Below are positions 59,359 through 64,000 of a stretch of 64,000 bases of DNA, piece by piece. Position 1 is the first letter of the stretch. Each line of letters opens with the position of its first letter. Origin of the DNA: Malacoraja senta (Eukaryota); contig CM075988.1 in the NCBI GenBank assembly GCA_038087875.1, positions 18,912,001-18,976,000 on the forward strand. The letters run 5' to 3'. The notes beneath the pieces were generated by a model. The model searched no databases. It was not told the origin of the DNA and saw nothing but the letters and a program-made list of their open reading frames with translations. A program made the translations under genes and the position numbers.

Positions 59359-61644
59359 CTGATGTATAAAATCATGAGAGGAATAGGTATAGTAAATGCA
59401 CAGAGTCTTATCCAGGGTAGGAGAATCAAGAACGAGAAGACACATGTTGATGGGGAGAGGGGAAATATTTAATAGGAATCTGAGGGGTAATTTTTTACTC
59501 AGAGCATGGTGAGTATATGATACGAGCTACCAGCAAAGGTAGTTAAGGCAGGTACTATACATCATTTAAATATATTTGGACAGGTACATGAATTTAGAGG
59601 AATATGGGCCAAACATGGGCCAAATGGAAGTAGCTTAGATGGGGCAGCACAGGCGGGTTAGGCTGAATGGCCTGTTTCCTGCGTGTGAGATAGTGTTGTC
59701 CATCGTGACCCTTGCTTTCTTATGTGCAGATGTTGGTTTAAACCGAAGATAGACACAAAAAGCTTCTTCAGACCCTACCTCAGTCTCGACCTGAAACGTC
59801 ACCCATTCCTTCTCTCCAGACATGCTGCCTGTCCCACTGAGTTACTCCAGCTTTTTGTGTCTATCTTGCTTTCTTATGGTGGGTAATGGAAAAAATAAAA
59901 CTGATTAAGGTGAGATACATTCTTTGCTGAATTCAGTCCGAATGCTTTCATTACTTCATAGAACTCCAGATCTGATTTAGATTTCACAGGTGGGGACTGG
60001 TTGGAGCTGTTGGTAGCTGAGCAGAGGTTGGTAAAAGGACATCCAGGAAGAGGTTGATCTGAAACCCAAAATGATTGAATTGAAATAAAGTAAAAGAAAA
60101 ACAATTCTGAATGGATTTCGAACATTGTAATTAGTTCAATGTCTGAAGCAGCCCCAAAGCTTCTTTCTGTGGTACTGCAATTTGATGTTTCAAATGAAAT
60201 ATCTGCATAAACGCTGATGAATTTTGACAGATTAAATCTGGAACAAATGATGCAAAGTGAAGCAATTAAAAAAAACCCTCCCTTGCTGGGATGTGCGTGC
60301 CACAGGCAAGGTGGCGTCTGATCCTTGTCCCCGAGACAACGGAGGTGTAGGTGGCCAGAGGAATGTTACTCCCTCACCATGTATCTGTGCACCTTAAATG
60401 GATCGACTGTAATCATGTGTCGTCTTTCTGCTGACTGGTTTTCTGGTTTTCGCACGCAGCAAAAAAGCTATTCACTGTACCTCGGTGTACGTGACAATAA
60501 ACTAAACTGAACAAGGACTCCGGCTCTTGACGGGGGAATGGACTTCAACAGGTGCACGGTGTAGTGGACACACTGACTGGTTGCATCAGGGGCCTGGGTC
60601 AGCAAACTCGAACCAAGCCAGGATCAAAGAAGAGAGTGGTGGACTATGCCCGATCCATCACAGGTATCATTGGCCACAGAGGGTCGTGGAGGCCAAGTCA
60701 ATGGATATTTTTTTAAGGCAGAGAGAGATAGGTTCTTGATTAGTATGGGTGTCAGGGGTTATGGGCAGAAGGCAAGAGAATGGGGTTTGGAGGGAAAGAT
60801 CGATCAGCCATGATTGAATGGCGGAGTAGACCTGATGGGCCAAACGGGTGAATTCTGCTCCGATCACTCATGAGCTTATGACCTAGGAACAAAGTGCTTG
60901 TGTAACAGCAGAGAACAGTGGCGAAAAAGGAAGGGTGACGTTTTGGGTTGGGACCCTTCTTCACACTGAAAGTAGAGGGGAGGGAACTGGAGGTAAGAGC
61001 ACTCCGAAGCATTACCCCATCCTTTTTCTCCAGAGGTGCTGCAGCACTTGTGTCAATCTTCGATATAAGCCAACACCTGCAGTTCCTTTCTACACAGGTA
61101 TCGGCCTTCCCAGGGATCTATGGGAGGCGCTGCCTCAGAAAGAGAGCCAATTTCATCAAAGGCCCACATCACCATCTCCTCAAGGCCATTAAATCCTGGT
61201 CTCTCTGTGACACCCGGATCTTGATAAATTAATAAATTAAAAATTCAACCAGAGGCCTAAACTCCTGATCGGGAGACATTAGTTTAAATCCCAATTATGG
61301 TACTGAGGGAATTTAACATTCAATTAATTAATTATAGGCAGTTAAAAGCTAGTATTAGTGAGAGAATGAACTGAGATATGAGAGAATGAGAAAATGAACA
61401 GTTTTTCTCTGATTGTGCAGATATATGGATAGGATGGGTTTTAGAGGAATATGGGCCAGAAGCAGACAAATGTGTCCCTGCAATGTAATCAACATGGACA
61501 AGGTAGGTAGAATTGGTGCGTATGACAATTAATTCAACTTGGCTTGATACAATAGTGTTTGTCGTAACAAAATACCTCCTGACGTGCTGGCACAAAACAG
61601 CCAATAGTACCGGAGCAATTTCCACTTTGCAAACACATGTCTAA

Positions 61645-62112
61645 TTTAGTTTACTTTAGTTTAGAGATACAGCACGGAAACAGGCCCTTCGGCCCACCGA
61701 GTTGATGCCAACCAGCGATCCCAGTCCACTAGCACTATCCTACACACGAGCGACTATTTACAATTTTTACCAAAGCCCATTTACCTGCAAACCTGCACAT
61801 CTTTTGTAGTTTAGTTTAGTTTAGTTTAGAGATACAGCAGAAACAGGCCCTTCGGCCCACTGAGTCCGCACCGACCAGTGATCCCCGCACATTAACATAA
61901 TCTTACCTATACACACCAGAGACAATTTACATTGATACCAACCCAATTAACCTACAAATCTGTATGTCTTTGGAGTGTGGGAGAAAACCGGAGCACCCGG
62001 GGAAACCCACGCGGTCACGGTTAGACCGTACAAACTATTTAGAGATAGCACCCTTAGTCAGGACCTGGTGCGGCGGTAAGGCAGCAACTCTACCACTGCA
62101 CCGCTGCACCGT
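61645..62112 (-). mobile_element. Tandem HE1-type SINEs
   Basis: Two (tttag)n tails with SINE cores; head near 62070-62112. Confidence 0.75.
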
Positions 62113-63649
62113 AATGATTTGCAGTGGAGCCACATTTCAGATGCAGGAGGCAACAGGGAGCCTGGATTTCCCCTGCTTGTTCAATACAACCAGCTGAGGG
62201 AACATTTTTTGAAGCAGCCCTACAAAGAAGTTAACAAATAGTTCAACAAATGTGAAAGCTGGTATCCTAGACAACGGGGCCCACCCGTGCTGAAATGTCG
62301 ACTGCATTATTCTGCTCAACTTCATTGTTTAATCCACAGTTCCGGCTCAGAGATGATGGTGTTACCGTTTGAGTCAAAACAGATTGGAAAGCATCAAAAT
62401 TAAACAGCCAGTGGAGACCAGCTCTGCTTCTGTCAACCACGAAGTTAAAACACTGGAAATAGACTGTTTCTATGGCTGGAGGGAATCATTCGAACTTCAC
62501 CACTCATTGAATTCGGGATACGCCAGCAGATATTTGAGCCATATTGACAGACAACAATTAGACAAATACAAATTTTCACTTTCCATTCTCATTGAAAGTT
62601 CAATGGATCAGGGTGATAAATAATGGCAAGGACAATTCTTTGTGGGGTATCTTCCTGCCTAGGAGGTATCTTAATCGTTAACAGGCTTTTTTAGCTGCAT
62701 TTCCAACAGAATACTAAACCATGTGCCTGAAGACAAGCTCGGAGCATCTTCTCTGCAACATGTCATCTCTACTTTCAGGGAAATAGCCTAATTATAGCCA
62801 ATTAAAGTCAAATCTTTCGCAACCAAAGTTACCTCCCATTACAGCCCTTCAATCAATGTGTTTAAAAAAAAAAACTTAAGCCAAACCCACAGCGACTCTC
62901 AGGGGATTTAATGCGCCTCTCAGGGATTTGTCACCAATGATGTACAAAGGGAAACTCATCTTGATGGGATATTATTTTAGCAACTTTCATTTCCATCGGA
63001 AAAGTCTGCAACAGATAAATGAAGTAAAAATCATTACAATAATTACCAAACTGCCTGGGAGTCAGCATAAATTTAACGATCCATCCCAGTAATATTTATC
63101 TGAATTAATGTGTAATTTTAAGACATTTTATGACTGCTTGAAATCCCCTCTGACACATTCGCTCAGTTGCAAAACTTGTTCTTATTCCACCTGACTTTAA
63201 ACCTTATTCCTTAATTGAATGGGATACTTAGCAAACTTTTAAGAACCACCGCAATCATCTTCTGTTGATGGACCAGAAAGCTCATTTAGGCAGGAGGTTG
63301 ATGAAGTAGTTCAGGTTCCACAGGGAGCATCTCTGTAGCTAAGTGGAAAATTTACAATTACCATAACGATTAACAAACTGCTTTCGGTAGAGGTCTACTT
63401 GTCAGTGGTCCCTGACTCTGATCGACATTTCAGCAGCAGGTTCTGGCGGAGAAACTGCTGGTCAGATTTTACCAAGATTTTAATAATTCATATCATCGAG
63501 TCCGTGTTTGGTACAGCACAGAAACAGGCTCAAAAAGCTGAGGATCTCAGCGGGTCAGGCAGCATCTCTGGAGAAAATGATAGATGATGTTTTGGCTCCC
63601 GGTTTTCCTGAACTGAACTTAGAATGGCAACTTAACCTGCCTGCTCACT

Positions 63650-63848
63650 TTGGGCGACTACTCCCGACCATACAGGCGGCATGGTCGCGGGGGTGATGCC
63701 TGTTTGGTCGTGAGTGGTCGCCCAAAGAGTCATACCTTTTTCTGGTCCCCGCTGGATTGTCAATATGTTGAAAATTTCGGCGACCTGCTGTGACTATGAC
63801 GGGTGCCGGCAAGTTGCCGAAAAAAACCGCGTAAGTAGGACAGGCCCT
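63650..63848. mobile_element. Fragment of a Harbinger-type MITE related to 9715-13385
   Basis: Right TIR taagtaggacaggccct followed by TTA; shares catggtcgc and atgttgaaaatttcggcgacc with the first copy. Confidence 0.55.
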
Positions 63849-64000
63849 TTAGGCTAAGACCTCTAGTCTAGACTCTCCCACTAGTGGAAACATCTCTCCA
63901 CATCCACTCTATCACAAGCCTTTCACTATTCTGTATGTTTCAATGAGGTCCACCCTCATTCTTCCCTTATGGAGAGAAGGAATGGGTGACGTTTCGGGTC

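Noticed and set aside
1..64000. CRISPR array, rRNA or operon-like system
   Set aside because: No regularly spaced repeat-spacer array or rRNA-like sequence; the recurring motifs are dispersed SINE, LINE and Penelope copies.

Overview
Repeat-dense, gene-poor vertebrate DNA. The repeat content (tRNA-derived HE1-type SINEs sharing 3' tails with CR1/HER1-like LINEs) points to a cartilaginous fish, probably a skate or ray; this is inferred, not shown. I found no host protein-coding exon; every long protein-like ORF belongs to a transposable element. Main contents: (1) a structurally complete but frameshifted DIRS1 tyrosine-recombinase retrotransposon (32716-37510, -) with gag, RT/RNase H, an adenine-methyltransferase-like domain, a recombinase, ITRs and an internal copy of its own circle junction; (2) a three-level nest, SINE > Harbinger-type MITE > young L1 with a twin-priming 5' inversion (9678-13855); (3) a young Rex1/Babar LINE and a CR1 LINE; (4) a Penelope-like GIY-YIG element with an inverted pseudo-LTR, plus about 20 Penelope-derived mini-repeats carrying a minimal hammerhead-ribozyme core, several with their own TSDs; (5) two non-autonomous Helitrons and a hAT-type MITE; (6) a 383-bp structured retroposon whose 5' end has HDV-ribozyme-like pseudoknot topology; (7) a possible, very decayed Gypsy pol; (8) local duplications; (9) TE-free AT-rich islands that may be conserved enhancers. 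A 200-N assembly gap lies at 52062-52261. All family calls come from motifs read by eye; no database search was run.
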